Shown here one piece after another: positions 18,189 to 29,371 of a DNA stretch of 64,000 nucleotides (position 1 is its first letter; the number at the start of each line of letters is the position of its first letter). The notes under the pieces are model-generated. The model worked only from the letters and a program-made list of their open reading frames with translations, ran no database searches and had not been told where the DNA came from. This DNA is from Chloroflexota bacterium (GTDB lineage: Bacteria; Chloroflexota; UBA11872; VXOZ01): assembly GCA_965220045.1 (NCBI GenBank), contig OZ244803.1, forward strand, positions 2,711,901-2,775,900, in the 5' to 3' direction. The position numbers and the translations under genes are program-made.

Positions 18189-19223
18189 ATGCGCCCGCTC
18201 GCCTTCGAATACGACCTCTCCCAACACATCGATGAAGCGGAGCCGACAATGCTCTTCACCGGCTCCACGCCTGAGGAGCTCCGCGACTGGCAGGAGCGCT
18301 TCCGCGCCAAAGTGCTGAGCCTGCTGGGCATCCTGCCGGAGCGCGCCGCCCTCGTGGTCGAGTACGAGGAGGAAGTTGACTGCGGCGCCTACATCCGCCA
18401 CAAGCTGCGCTACCAGACCGAGGCAGCAGTCTGGGTGCCGGCCTATCTCCTGGTACCCAAAGGCGTATCCGCCGCGCAGCCAACAGCCGCGATCCTCTGT
18501 TTGCACGGCCACGGGCGCTTCGGCAAAGACAGCGTGGTCGGCATCAAGGACACGCCGGAGCGTACCGACGAGGTGGAACGCCTGCAGTACGACTTCGGCC
18601 GCCGCTTTGCCGAGCAGGGCTACGTGGTGCTCGCGCCCGACCTGCGCGGCTTTGGCGAGCGCCAGCCGCACTACCCTGATCCCAAGCCCGACTACTGCTG
18701 CCGCAACTACATGGCCGCGACGCTGCTGGGCCGCACCGTGGTCGGCTATCAGCTCTGCGACCTGCACGCGGCGTTGGACGTGCTGCAGTCGCTACCCTAC
18801 GTAGATGCCGAGAAGCTCGCCGCGGCGGGTCTTTCCTACGGCGGGCGCATGACAATGCTGATCAGCGCCATGGACGACCGCATCAGGGCCTGCGTGCCTT
18901 CCGGCTGCCTGAACATGTACCAGGAGCGCTACCAGAACCTGCACCAGTGCGGATCGCAACTCATTCCCAGCCTGTTGCTCTACGGCGACACGCCCGAGAT
19001 CTTCTCGCTTATCGCGCCCCGCCAGATGACTATCGAGTGGGGCCTGCAGGATAAGCTCATCCCCCACGAGTGGGCCGAGCGCGGCCTCGCCCGCATCCGC
19101 AACGCCTACGCCGCCTCCGGGCAACCGGAGAATCTCGCCGTGCACCAGTTTGATAAAGGCCACGTCTTCGAAGGCACCGTGGGCGCGGAGATGCTGCACC
19201 AGTGGCGGCAGGGCGTACAATGA
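18189..19223 (+). CDS. Alpha/beta hydrolase (dienelactone hydrolase / acetyl-xylan-esterase-like)
   Basis: LCLHGHG..., nucleophile elbow GLSYGG, C-terminal His region. AGGAGG RBS 8 nt upstream. Confidence 0.7.
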   Translation: MRPLAFEYDLSQHIDEAEPTMLFTGSTPEELRDWQERFRAKVLSLLGILPERAALVVEYEEEVDCGAYIRHKLRYQTEAAVWVPAYLLVPKGVSAAQPTAAILCLHGHGRFGKDSVVGIKDTPERTDEVERLQYDFGRRFAEQGYVVLAPDLRGFGERQPHYPDPKPDYCCRNYMAATLLGRTVVGYQLCDLHAALDVLQSLPYVDAEKLAAAGLSYGGRMTMLISAMDDRIRACVPSGCLNMYQERYQNLHQCGSQLIPSLLLYGDTPEIFSLIAPRQMTIEWGLQDKLIPHEWAERGLARIRNAYAASGQPENLAVHQFDKGHVFEGTVGAEMLHQWRQGVQ

Positions 19224-19286
19224 AGAATGTGACCCATTCGCCAGAACCCGCGCGGAGACTGACCGCAGAGTAGGGGCAAACACGGC

Positions 19287-20717
19287 GTGAAGAGACTCGT
19301 CGCAATACTCGTGCTGGGCCTTGGCCTGGCGTTACTAACCGCCACCTCCATCGGCGCAAGCGTGGACTGCCAGTTCGTGCTGGGCTTCAAGACGCTGCGG
19401 GACCTCGTCGGCCACGAGACCGTGGGCGAATGCCTTGAGAACGAACATCACAGCGCCAACGGCGACAGTGTGCAGCGCACCACCGGTGGGCTTCTGGTCT
19501 GGCGCAAGCAGGACAACTGGACCGCATTCACGGACGGCTACCGCACCTGGATCAACGGCCCCAACGGACTGCAGCAGCGGCTGAACACCGAGCGCTTCCC
19601 GTGGGAGTACGACTACGCGCCGGGTGGCGGCGTCGCAACGCCAACGCCAACTCCCATCCCACCCCCAACGCCGACACCGATCCCATCGCCCTCGCCAACT
19701 CCTACCCAACGGATAGATCCCCGCCTCGGCCGGGCATTGCAGGCGCTTCAGGCAACGTCGCTCGGCCGGACAATCTACGCCTGGTTCACGGAAGCAGCGC
19801 CCAGCGTGACGTTTGGCACAGCGCCGAAAGGTTGGACGTCCCGCTACCATGACCCGCCGCGCAACGAGATCGTCGTCGATGCGGCTCTGCGCAACGAGAG
19901 TGCCGACGTGCTCGCCGCCCTCATCGCCTGGGAGACGGTGCTGGCGGTCAATAGCAAGCGCCGCGGCCCGCAAAGCGAGCGCTGGCGCTCCGGTGCAGAC
20001 TGTCTGAACGAGGTGGTTGACGCCGAAGGCGCTATGGCGCGCTGGTGGCTTTCGCGCTATGGCCAAGAGGGCTTGCGCGATCCGAATACGGCAACGGAGC
20101 GTTTGCTCAACTTCCATGCGCGGAGCTACCGCGACCAAACCCTGGAAACGTCGGTGCTGTCGTCTGCGGCGTACCGTGAGTGGTGCGCGCAATACGGCAC
20201 GCTGCCGCCTATTCCCGAGCCGGAACAATTCGTCGACCCTCAGCTGGAATCAGCGCTTCGGCTCATGCGTACCACGGAATTTGGCGAAAACCTCTACGCA
20301 GCCTACCTACGTTCCAATGTCCATTACCTTGGCTTTGAGGACTTGAGCCGCGTACACGTGAAGAACGTGCTGGGCCTCTATGACGTAAACCGCGGCCGAA
20401 TCTTGCTCGACGACTCTCTCCGCGACGCCAGTCAATACATGCGCGTGTCCGTGCTGGTGCATGAGCTGTACCACGCTCGGCCCGGTCAGGACTTTAGGGA
20501 CTTTACCACGGAGCAGTGCTTCGAAGAAGAAACGCTGGCGTTCAGCGCTCAGGCGAAGTGGTGGCACGAGAAGTTTGGCGCGCGCGGCAAGCGCAATCCG
20601 ACAGCAAACGAGCGGTGGATGAACTCTGTTCTGAGGCTATGGCTTGCGGGACGGATCGATGAGTGGGTAGAACAGAGCGAAGGCTACCAGGAAGTGTGCG
20701 CACAGCACGGCGATTAG
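19287..20717 (+). CDS. Secreted hypothetical protein with a Pro/Thr linker, an internally duplicated domain and one HExxH motif
   Basis: Signal peptide MKRLVAILVLGLGLALLTATSIGA, linker TPTPTPIPPPTPTPIPSPSPTPT, and VLVHELYHA in the second copy of the duplicated module. Confidence 0.5.
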   Translation: MKRLVAILVLGLGLALLTATSIGASVDCQFVLGFKTLRDLVGHETVGECLENEHHSANGDSVQRTTGGLLVWRKQDNWTAFTDGYRTWINGPNGLQQRLNTERFPWEYDYAPGGGVATPTPTPIPPPTPTPIPSPSPTPTQRIDPRLGRALQALQATSLGRTIYAWFTEAAPSVTFGTAPKGWTSRYHDPPRNEIVVDAALRNESADVLAALIAWETVLAVNSKRRGPQSERWRSGADCLNEVVDAEGAMARWWLSRYGQEGLRDPNTATERLLNFHARSYRDQTLETSVLSSAAYREWCAQYGTLPPIPEPEQFVDPQLESALRLMRTTEFGENLYAAYLRSNVHYLGFEDLSRVHVKNVLGLYDVNRGRILLDDSLRDASQYMRVSVLVHELYHARPGQDFRDFTTEQCFEEETLAFSAQAKWWHEKFGARGKRNPTANERWMNSVLRLWLAGRIDEWVEQSEGYQEVCAQHGD

Positions 20718-21054
20718 ACGCGCGGGCCCGTTACCCGTTAAGAGATGTCTGATCAAGCGTTGTGCTCGGTCAGCGCTGTACGGAGGGGTGAAAGAGTGTT
20801 GCCGAGCGCCTGGCTCTAATCCTCACCGACAACTCCTTTGCTAAATGTGCCGCGAGGGCTTGTAGCCGGCCATGCCCTGCGCTACCATCGAATATGGCGA
20901 ATCCCGCGCCGGACTCTCTGACCGGGTACCTGCGCTATCCGGCAATGGCGAGAGTAAAGGGGATGCGTGTCCTCGGGAATGCTTGTGGCCCTGCTTGCGG
21001 CCGCCGAGATGTCGGGACGTTTCTCATAGTTGAGAAGCCGGAGCGCGCAGGGCC

Positions 21055-22401
21055 GTGGCTTTTCTCCCAATGAGAAAGAGTTTCCACATGACACAGCAGA
21101 AGCACTTCAAGCAGCTCGTTCGCAGCCGCATGGCGAAAACCGGCGAAAGCTACACCACCGCCCGCCGCCACGTACTGGCAGCCCGCACAGAAAGCGATAC
21201 TACCTTGTCAGAATCTCCCCACTTTCCCGGCGCCCATCCAGAGACGACGGCACTGCGCACGGCGTTGGCCCACGCGGGCATCACGAATCCCGCGACCGGC
21301 GACTTCTTCACGGAGGCCATGGTGTTCGGCATCGCCGGGGGAATAGGCGCGGGCGTATTCCACTTCTACTACGCCGCCGAGGACTTTGCCAGCTTCTACG
21401 TGGCCGGACGGCACCGCTGGCACGAGAGCGACGCCTACGTGCACGACGCTAGTCTGCGCTTTGGGGTAACACCGACCGTCCTCGAATCCGGCGGCAAGAA
21501 GAAGGCCGCCACGCAATTGGCCGAGGCGGTCGAGGCAACGGGCTGCGCCATCGCCTGGGTGGAAATGGCGCTCTTGGCCTACCGGGGCATACCGAGTTTC
21601 TATGCCGGCGGCGGCTACCATGTCATTACGGTATATAACCTGACGGCTGACGAGGCGCTGATTGGCGACCTTACCGATAAACCGATCGCCATTCCCCTCA
21701 GCGACTTGGCGGAAGCCCGCGCGCGTATCAAGAAGCAGAAGAACCGCGTGCTGACAGTGAGCGGTTCCCAGCAGGACTTCGACCTGCGTGAGGCTGTACA
21801 GGCGGGCATCCAGGCGTGCCGCGACGGCCTGCAGAACCAGCGCATGAAGAACTTCACGCTGGAGGCCTTCAAGACCTGGGCCGGCCGCATTCACGGCAGC
21901 AGCGGCAAAGATAGCTGGGAGCAGGTCTTTCCCCCCGGGCACAGACTCCTACAAGGGCTGCGCTCGGTCTACGACTTTGTCGAGCACTACCACACCGGCG
22001 GCGGCTTGATGCGGCCGCTCTACGCCGCGTTCTTCAGCGAGGCCGCCGCAGCGCTGGAGGATGATTCCTTTCTGCCGCTCGCGGAGGCGTACGCCGATCT
22101 CGGCCGCTTGTGGAGCGAACTCGCCGACGCGGCGCTGCCGGACAGCGTGGCGCCCTTCCGCGAAGCCAAGGAACTGCTCGCCCGCCGGGAAGAGCTATTT
22201 CTCAGCCAAGGCGCTGCCGCCACGGAGGAAGTCAAGGGCATTTGGACCCAACTCACCGCCCTGGAGCAAGTCATGAGCCAGGACTTCCCGCTCTCCGACG
22301 CCGCAAGCGCCGACCTCCGGGCGGAACTTAAGGAGCGCATCTTGCAAATCTATGCCAAAGAGTGCGCCGCCCAAGAGGCGCTGGCGGCCTTACTGGGCTA
22401 G
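21055..22401 (+). CDS. Hypothetical protein, possibly BtrH-N/DUF4872-like
   Basis: Weak resemblance (ALRTAL..., FFTEAMVFGIAGGIGAGVFHFYY...). The start may be downstream (Met at 21088 or 21130). Confidence 0.35.
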   Translation: MAFLPMRKSFHMTQQKHFKQLVRSRMAKTGESYTTARRHVLAARTESDTTLSESPHFPGAHPETTALRTALAHAGITNPATGDFFTEAMVFGIAGGIGAGVFHFYYAAEDFASFYVAGRHRWHESDAYVHDASLRFGVTPTVLESGGKKKAATQLAEAVEATGCAIAWVEMALLAYRGIPSFYAGGGYHVITVYNLTADEALIGDLTDKPIAIPLSDLAEARARIKKQKNRVLTVSGSQQDFDLREAVQAGIQACRDGLQNQRMKNFTLEAFKTWAGRIHGSSGKDSWEQVFPPGHRLLQGLRSVYDFVEHYHTGGGLMRPLYAAFFSEAAAALEDDSFLPLAEAYADLGRLWSELADAALPDSVAPFREAKELLARREELFLSQGAAATEEVKGIWTQLTALEQVMSQDFPLSDAASADLRAELKERILQIYAKECAAQEALAALLG

Positions 22402-22911
22402 GTCGTTCAGCGGTACTGACAAGCGATTGGAAGTGCATGGGTAACCGCAGCGAGACATGCGGTGTGGTGCTTTCGTAGCGTTCACGCACTAAAATTGACA
22501 AGTGTGATGCTCTTGCTTGCGTTCTTCCACAACCGAAGTCGCAAAGTCTACCATTAGCCCATAAACCCAAACGCTACCAGCTTTGCCGCAACCAACTGGA
22601 TAGTTTTGGTGAACGTCTACACCAATCCCGGCATAGTTTCCCGCCAGGGATAGCTGCCTAAGCGGTGCCCTGTGTCCGTCCTCTTCTACCTGGTCGAGCC
22701 CTTGACCATGTTGCTTTTCCCAAACTTGACGAAGGTTGCGGAGGGTGTACACTAGGGACTCAAATCGTGTAACTGCAGCGGCTTCTTGCAATGGGGGTTT
22801 TCCCGCGCGCCAGAACGGGTGGAGCGACCTTAAGAAAAGTGTTTGCATGCGTGCGGTTCAGTTCAGTGAGAAGGGCTGCAATAGGGATAGTCACGCAAGG
22901 GAGGTAACACG

Positions 22912-24894
22912 GTGTTTCGATCATTGTGGATGAGAGCGGCCGTTTTCCTGGTCGCTATCTTTGTAGGCTTGGCGCTTGCCGCCTGCGCGCAGGAGCCGCC
23001 GGCTGCCGAGCCGGAAGCGGCGGTGGCAGAGGAAGCGGTGGAAGCGCCGGAGGAGATGGCCCCGCAGGTCTACCGCATGGGCATCTTCGAAGAGCCCATT
23101 TCGCGCAATTACTGGAACTACTACGGCGGCCCCGGCGGCTCCGTGTGGACGCAGTACGTCCTGGGCGGCTGGACCGGCACGCTGTATGGCTACTCGGACC
23201 AGACGTTCGAGTGGGTTCCCGGCCTGGCGGCTGACTTCCCAACGGACCTGACGAAGGAGACCGTCGACGGCACGGAATACTGGACCACCGAGGTGCCCAT
23301 TAGAGCGGGCATCATGTGGAGTGACGGCGAGGAGTTGACGGCAGACGACGTCATCTTCACGGCGCAAACCGTGCTCGACTTGGGTATTAGCGGCAACTTT
23401 GGCGCCGTCGTGGACCCCGCCTTCCTCGATCGCATCGAAGCCATCGACAGTCACCGCATTAAAATCTTCTTCAAGTCGACCGACGCTGAGGGCAACCCGC
23501 AGACACCCGGCCTGAGCGTGTGGCAATTCGGCCTCGCCTTCATGCCGATTCTGCCGGAGCATTACTGGGCTCCCGTGGTTGAAGAGGCCAAGAAAGCCGG
23601 CGAGCCGGAAGCGCAGATCGAGGCGCTCATGGCGCACGTGCCGGACAACGATCCCACGCTGGGCGGCTTCACGTTCGGCAAGTGGGAGCCGGGCGCTTTC
23701 TTCGAGAACTCCCGAGCCGACAACTACTACGCCACCGGCTCCGTCATCACGCGGTACGCCAGCGGCGTCTTGCAGGAAGTGAATGAGCGCCTGGGCTACA
23801 CGGCCACGTACTTCGGCGAGGCCGGCGGTGACAAGGAGCTGGAGTATACGGTCGGACCCCACGTGGAGTCCACCCTCTTCAGCATCTACGGCAACCAGGA
23901 TGCCGCCATTCTGGCCCTGACCAACGGCGACATTGACTACGTCTTCAACCCCCTGGGGCTGGAGAAAGGCTTCCGCGAGCGCATCCAGGCTTCGGGCGAC
24001 CTGGAAATCGTCACCAACCTGGATAACGGCATGTTCTACCTGGGTTTCAACGTGCGCAAGGAGCCCATGAGCATCCGCGAGTTCCGGCAAGCCGTGGCGA
24101 TCATGATCGATAAAGAATTCGTCACGCAGACCGTGCTGCAGGGCGCGGCCATCCCCGCTTATTCCATGGTGCCTTCCGGCAACGCGGCGTGGTTCAACGC
24201 CAATACGCCCAGCCTCGGCCAAGGCCTGGATAGAGCCGAGCGGCTGCAGCAGGCCGTCGAACTGCTGAAGAGCGCCGGCTTCACCTATGAGGAAGAGCCG
24301 GAGATGAGCGAAGACGGCAACTTCGTCGCCAAGGCGGGCAAAGGCCTGAAAATGCCCGACGGCTCGGAAGTGCCGGCTTTGACAATCATCGCTCCCAGCG
24401 CGGGCTATGACCCGTTGCGGGCCACGTTCGCCATCTGGATCGAGCGCTGGTTGACCGACATCGGCATTCCGGTGCGCGCCAACCTGACCGGCTTCAACGT
24501 CATCGTGGGCGTGCTGTTCAGCGAGACCGTGCAAGAAGATCTGGATATGTGGATCCTGGGCTGGAGCCTGAGCCTCTTCCCAGACTACTTGGAGACCTTC
24601 TTCAACGGCCGCCACGCGCCGGAGAATGAAGGCGGTTACAACTGGGGCGGTTACGCCAACGAGGATTACGACTCAATCTCGTTCGGTCTGCTCTCCGAGA
24701 CCACCATCGAGGGCGCGCGTGATAAGGTCTTCCAGTTGCAGGAATTTCTTGCCGAAGACCTGCCCTACGTGACGCTGTTCACCATTCCCAAGCTGGACTC
24801 GTACCGGCCTGGCAGTATCCAGTTCCCCTACACGGAGGTCCTGGGTGGCATTGAGGGCGTGAACGGCATGCAGCAATCAGTCGTCATCAAGTAG
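22912..24894 (+). CDS. ABC transporter substrate-binding lipoprotein, family 5 (peptide/oligosaccharide, DppA/OppA-like)
   Basis: Lipobox LALAACAQE, Ala/Glu/Pro linker, family-5 size and motifs. First gene of a 5-gene transporter operon. Confidence 0.85.
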   Translation: MFRSLWMRAAVFLVAIFVGLALAACAQEPPAAEPEAAVAEEAVEAPEEMAPQVYRMGIFEEPISRNYWNYYGGPGGSVWTQYVLGGWTGTLYGYSDQTFEWVPGLAADFPTDLTKETVDGTEYWTTEVPIRAGIMWSDGEELTADDVIFTAQTVLDLGISGNFGAVVDPAFLDRIEAIDSHRIKIFFKSTDAEGNPQTPGLSVWQFGLAFMPILPEHYWAPVVEEAKKAGEPEAQIEALMAHVPDNDPTLGGFTFGKWEPGAFFENSRADNYYATGSVITRYASGVLQEVNERLGYTATYFGEAGGDKELEYTVGPHVESTLFSIYGNQDAAILALTNGDIDYVFNPLGLEKGFRERIQASGDLEIVTNLDNGMFYLGFNVRKEPMSIREFRQAVAIMIDKEFVTQTVLQGAAIPAYSMVPSGNAAWFNANTPSLGQGLDRAERLQQAVELLKSAGFTYEEEPEMSEDGNFVAKAGKGLKMPDGSEVPALTIIAPSAGYDPLRATFAIWIERWLTDIGIPVRANLTGFNVIVGVLFSETVQEDLDMWILGWSLSLFPDYLETFFNGRHAPENEGGYNWGGYANEDYDSISFGLLSETTIEGARDKVFQLQEFLAEDLPYVTLFTIPKLDSYRPGSIQFPYTEVLGGIEGVNGMQQSVVIK

Positions 24895-25283
24895 CAACGC
24901 GCAAACCTGCGAACTTGAACGAGGCGGCGCCGGGCGTTGTAGACGCCCGGCGCCGTCCTTGCTTTAACTCCATCTTTAACGCCGGATTCGCACTGCGTCT
25001 TGTACAACGTCTTACATAAGCGCCAATGAGACGTGCGTATTTTCGCCACGCGCAGGAGTGCGACGCTGGCAATGGGACGCCGTTTGGTGTAGGCGAGACG
25101 CGGCATGAGTCCCCACGGTGATATTGATACCAAGCCAAATCCAGCGGTTTACCTCTTTTTCATGGATAGGCGAAAGTGACTTGGGTTCCTCATACTCTCA
25201 ATCCCTTTAGATAGTTTGACGCCAGTCCCGCGAGTGTGAATAATAAGGCGCAATAGTCAATCACAAAGGGGTGGTGCCCGCGA

Positions 25284-26432
25284 ATGGCTTCCTATCTGCT
25301 CAGTAGGTCCATTCAAATCCTGCTGACGCTATTCGCCTTCATCTGCATTGTCTTTTTCATCGTCAACGCGCAGCCGGGCGATATCAGCAACGTGTACGCG
25401 ATGAATCCCGAGCTGCCGCCGGATGCCCGGGAGAGACTGCAAAACCAGTTCGGCCTCAACGAGCCGCTGTGGAAGCAGTTTCTCGTCTATGTCAGGAACG
25501 TCTTTACCGGCAGCTTCGGCGTTTCCTTCAGCCACTATCCCCGCAGCGTCGCCGATGTTATTCTCGAGCGCCTGCCGCGCACTGTTGCGCTCTTCTTTAC
25601 CGCAACGGTCTTTTCCTTCTATCTTGGCTTCATGTTGGGCAAGATCATTGCCTGGAAACGCGGCGGCTGGACCGAGTATGCCACCACCATTGGCGGCGTG
25701 ACGCTGTACACGGTCTTCACGCCCTGGTTCGCGCTCATGATGATCTGGCTCTTCGCCTTCAAGGCAGGGTGGTTCCCCATCGGCAAGTTCCTCGATCCCG
25801 TGCTGTGGCGGGAAGCCCCGATTGAGGCGAATACGCTGTTCGGCCGTATGATGCTCACGGCGCTGGCGCTTTCCATTGTCGTATTCGTGGTCTTTGTCAT
25901 TACGACGCGGCTCCGTATCGGGGGAGCGCGGCTCATCCAACTCGGCAGCATCGTGGTGAGCGTGGGCGTGATGCTCGGAGCCTGGCGGCTGACTGGCCAC
26001 GGTCAGTATGCCTGGGATATCGTCAAGCACATGGTCTTGCCGGTGCTCACGCTGACCCTCATCAGCTTTGCCGGCACCATGCTGCTCACGCGCAACAGCA
26101 TGTTGGAGACGATGCGCGAGGACTTCGTGCTGGCGGCCCGTGCCAAGGGCCTGCCGGAAAAAGCCGTGCGCGATAAACACGTGGCGCGGAACGCTTTGCT
26201 GCCGGTGGTGACCAGCCTCGTCTTCAGCTTGGCATTTGCCGTGGACGGCGGCGTCATCATCGAGTCGGTCTTCTCGTGGCCCGGCATGGGGCAAACGCTG
26301 GTGTCGGCGGCGGTAGCGGAAGACCTGCCCCTGGCGGTCGGTGCGTTCGTCTTTGTCGGCATTTTCGTCCTGCTCGCCCACCTGGCGGTGGACGTGATTT
26401 ATGTCTTCTTGGATCCAAGGATTAGGTACTAG
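25284..26432 (+). CDS. ABC transporter permease (DppB/OppB-like)
   Basis: Multiple TM segments, binding-protein-dependent-transport signature region, position in the operon. Confidence 0.85.
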   Translation: MASYLLSRSIQILLTLFAFICIVFFIVNAQPGDISNVYAMNPELPPDARERLQNQFGLNEPLWKQFLVYVRNVFTGSFGVSFSHYPRSVADVILERLPRTVALFFTATVFSFYLGFMLGKIIAWKRGGWTEYATTIGGVTLYTVFTPWFALMMIWLFAFKAGWFPIGKFLDPVLWREAPIEANTLFGRMMLTALALSIVVFVVFVITTRLRIGGARLIQLGSIVVSVGVMLGAWRLTGHGQYAWDIVKHMVLPVLTLTLISFAGTMLLTRNSMLETMREDFVLAARAKGLPEKAVRDKHVARNALLPVVTSLVFSLAFAVDGGVIIESVFSWPGMGQTLVSAAVAEDLPLAVGAFVFVGIFVLLAHLAVDVIYVFLDPRIRY

Positions 26433-27382
26433 TGGCTGTAGACGTTGCTCCCCAAAGCGCAGCGCCCTCGATCCGGAAGGTGCGGCTCACGCTGGCCATG
26501 CGGAGCCTGCGCGAGAACTGGTCGCTCTTTCTCGGCACGCGCATCGGCGTGATCGGCCTCGTGATCATCATCTTCTATCTGGTGCTCGCCCTGGCTCATC
26601 CGATCCTGATGAACACCGTGTGGGAGGAGCGAGTCTACGATCCCGTGGTCGGCTACGCGTTTGATGAGACCCGCCAACCCGCGCCGCCCAGTTGGAAGCA
26701 TCTGCTCGGCACCGATCCCCTGGGCCGGGATGTCCTCAGCCAGCTCATGCACAGCGCGCGGACCGAATTCCTGCTGGGGCTGCTTGCCGCCGTCGTCACC
26801 GTCACCATCGGCACGACCGTCGGGGCGATTGCCGCGTACTACGGCGGGATCATTGACACGATATTGATGCGATTCGCCGACCTCATGGTCATGATGCCGG
26901 GAATCAGCATCCTCATCGTCTTGAGCGCACTCATCGGGGTAGAACACTTTGAGTTGGCACTCATCATCGGCATTCTTTCCGGCTTTGGCGGCGCGAGCAT
27001 TCTGCTGAAGTCCCAGGCGCTGTCCGTGGTAGTCAAGCCGTATATCGAGGCCGCGCGCGCCGCCGGCGGCGGGCCGCTGCACATCATATTCATCCACATA
27101 GTCCCCAACCTCCTGCCGCTCTCGTTCCTCTACATGATGTTCACGGTCACCGGCGCCATCTTTTCGGAAGCGATCCTGAGCTTCCTGGGTCTCCTGGACG
27201 TGCGCATGAGCTGGGGCCTGATGATCCACACCACCGAAGCGGCTGGCTATTTGCTGCAGGTCGGTGAATACTGGTGGCTCATATTCCCGGCCAGTCTATC
27301 CATCACGCTGCTGTGCACGTCGTTCTACCTCGTGGGACGCGCCATGGATGAGATCGTCAACCCGAGGTTGCGGCGCCTATGA
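26432..27382 (+). CDS. ABC transporter permease (DppC/OppC-like)
   Basis: TM profile, N-terminal extension typical of OppC, overlapping start/stop with neighbours. Confidence 0.85.
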   Translation: MAVDVAPQSAAPSIRKVRLTLAMRSLRENWSLFLGTRIGVIGLVIIIFYLVLALAHPILMNTVWEERVYDPVVGYAFDETRQPAPPSWKHLLGTDPLGRDVLSQLMHSARTEFLLGLLAAVVTVTIGTTVGAIAAYYGGIIDTILMRFADLMVMMPGISILIVLSALIGVEHFELALIIGILSGFGGASILLKSQALSVVVKPYIEAARAAGGGPLHIIFIHIVPNLLPLSFLYMMFTVTGAIFSEAILSFLGLLDVRMSWGLMIHTTEAAGYLLQVGEYWWLIFPASLSITLLCTSFYLVGRAMDEIVNPRLRRL

Positions 27383-28344
27383 GCGGTTTCCCACTGCTAG
27401 CCGTCGAAGACCTCACGATGCATTACCACACGCGCGCAGGTGAGGTGTGCGCGGTTGACGGCGTTTCGCTCTCGTTGGAAAGAGGGCAATCGCTGGGACT
27501 GGTGGGTGAATCCGGCTGCGGTAAGTCGTCACTCGCCCTGGCGCTCTTAAGGCTCCAGCCGGAGAATGCCCAGATATTGCGGGGCAAGGTGCTGCTGGAC
27601 GGCGTAGACCTGGTGTCGCTCTCCGATGAAGAGATGCGCAAGTACCGCTGGAACCGCATTGCCATGGTCTTCCAGTCCGCCATGAACGCCCTGGATCCGG
27701 TGTACCGGGTCGGCGACCAGATCATCGAGGCTTTGGAACAACACAGCAATGCGGCCCGCCCAGACATGGTGGAACGCGTGGGCGAGCTCTACAAGCTTGT
27801 GAACCTCTCCCCCAACTTCATCCAGCGCTATCCCCACGAATACAGCGGCGGCATGAAACAGCGCGCCATCATCGCCATGGCGCTGGCGTGTGAACCGGAC
27901 CTCATCATTGCGGACGAGCCGACCACGGCCCTCGATGTGATCGTACAGGACCACATTCTGCGTGAATTCGGGAACATCCGTAAAGAGCTAAACATGAGCA
28001 TGCTCTACATTTCCCACGATATGGCCGTCATTGCCGAGGTGAGCGACGTCGTCGCCGTGATGTATGCGGGCAAGATAGTGGAATACGGCACGGCTGAGGA
28101 AGTGTTCAATAAGCCCATCCATCCCTATACGCGGGCATTGATGTCGGCGTTCCCCAGCGTAACGGGCGAGAAACACGAACTAGCAACGCTGGGCGGCGAG
28201 CCGCCGAACCCGCTGGACTTGCCAAGCGGTTGCCACTTCCATCCGCGCTGCCCGTTCGCGACTGACGTGTGCGCCGAGCAGGAGCCGCCCACGGTCCGCC
28301 GCGGCGAGCATTGGGCCGACTGCTGGAATCCACCGGAGGACTGA
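27379..28344 (+). CDS. ABC transporter ATP-binding protein (DppD/OppD-like)
   Basis: Walker A GESGCGKS, signature YPHEYSGGMKQR, Walker B LIIADEPTTALD, C-terminal oligopeptide-transporter extension. Confidence 0.9.
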   Translation: MSGFPLLAVEDLTMHYHTRAGEVCAVDGVSLSLERGQSLGLVGESGCGKSSLALALLRLQPENAQILRGKVLLDGVDLVSLSDEEMRKYRWNRIAMVFQSAMNALDPVYRVGDQIIEALEQHSNAARPDMVERVGELYKLVNLSPNFIQRYPHEYSGGMKQRAIIAMALACEPDLIIADEPTTALDVIVQDHILREFGNIRKELNMSMLYISHDMAVIAEVSDVVAVMYAGKIVEYGTAEEVFNKPIHPYTRALMSAFPSVTGEKHELATLGGEPPNPLDLPSGCHFHPRCPFATDVCAEQEPPTVRRGEHWADCWNPPED

Positions 28345-28348
28345 GGCA

Positions 28349-29371
28349 ATGGCGGCAGCCCCACAACCGACCGCCTCCAACGCGGACCGTCCCTTGCTCC
28401 AAGTCGAGGGCCTGCGCAAGCACTTTCCCGCCGGCTCCTCACGTTTCAGGCGCAACGAGCGCTTCATTCACGCGGTAGACGACGTCAACTTCACGCTGGG
28501 GAGAGGTGAAAGCCTGGGGCTGGTCGGCGAATCGGGGTGCGGCAAGACCACCACCGGCAAGATGCTGGTGCGCCTGATAGACCCCAGCGACGGTCATGTG
28601 ATCTTTGACGACGGTGCCGGCGAACCAACGGACATCGCGACGCTGCGCGGCAAGCCGCTGAAGGAATTCAGAAAACACGCGCAGATGATCTTCCAAGACC
28701 CTTACGAATCGATGAACCCCCGGCGCACGATTTTCGATACCGTCGCCGAACCCTTGCAAGTGCAGGACATCGGCACTCTGGTGGATCGCCTCGACCGCGT
28801 AATGGAGATGCTCGCGCTCGTCGGTCTCACGCCGCCGCGCACGTTTCTCTTCCGCTACCCGCATGAACTTTCCGGCGGCCAGCGCCAGCGGGTCGCTATC
28901 GCAAGGGCCCTCATCGTCGAACCGTCGTTCGTCGTGGCCGATGAGCCAACCTCGATGCTCGACGTCTCGGTGCGGACCGGCGTGATGCGTCTCATGGCAG
29001 ACCTGGCGACCGGACTGGGTATTGGGTATCTCTACATCACCCACGATCTGGCGGTGGCGCGGTACATGTGCAGCCGCATTGCGGTGATGTACCTCGGCAA
29101 GATCGTCGAAATCGGCGACACGGAGGAGATCCTGCGCAGCCCGCAACATCCCTACACCCAGGCGTTGCTCTCGGCAGTACCGGTGCCTGATCCCACGATG
29201 GCGCGTGAACCGGTGAAGATCAAGGGCGGCGTCACCACGCTCATCAACCCCCCGGCCCAATGCCGCTTCTACCCGCGCTGCCCTATCGCCGACGACTACT
29301 GCGAAACCAACGACCACCCACCCCTGGAACACAAAGGCCAGGAGCAGGAAGTCGCCTGCTATAAGGCATAG
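28349..29371 (+). CDS. ABC transporter ATP-binding protein (DppF/OppF-like)
   Basis: [33 protein letters not shown]. Confidence 0.9.
   Translation: MAAAPQPTASNADRPLLQVEGLRKHFPAGSSRFRRNERFIHAVDDVNFTLGRGESLGLVGESGCGKTTTGKMLVRLIDPSDGHVIFDDGAGEPTDIATLRGKPLKEFRKHAQMIFQDPYESMNPRRTIFDTVAEPLQVQDIGTLVDRLDRVMEMLALVGLTPPRTFLFRYPHELSGGQRQRVAIARALIVEPSFVVADEPTSMLDVSVRTGVMRLMADLATGLGIGYLYITHDLAVARYMCSRIAVMYLGKIVEIGDTEEILRSPQHPYTQALLSAVPVPDPTMAREPVKIKGGVTTLINPPAQCRFYPRCPIADDYCETNDHPPLEHKGQEQEVACYKA

Noticed and set aside
22489-22848. 119 aa minus-strand ORF in the gap upstream of the family-5 SBP gene
   Set aside because: No motif and no RBS. Most likely the untranslated promoter/leader region of the ABC transporter operon.
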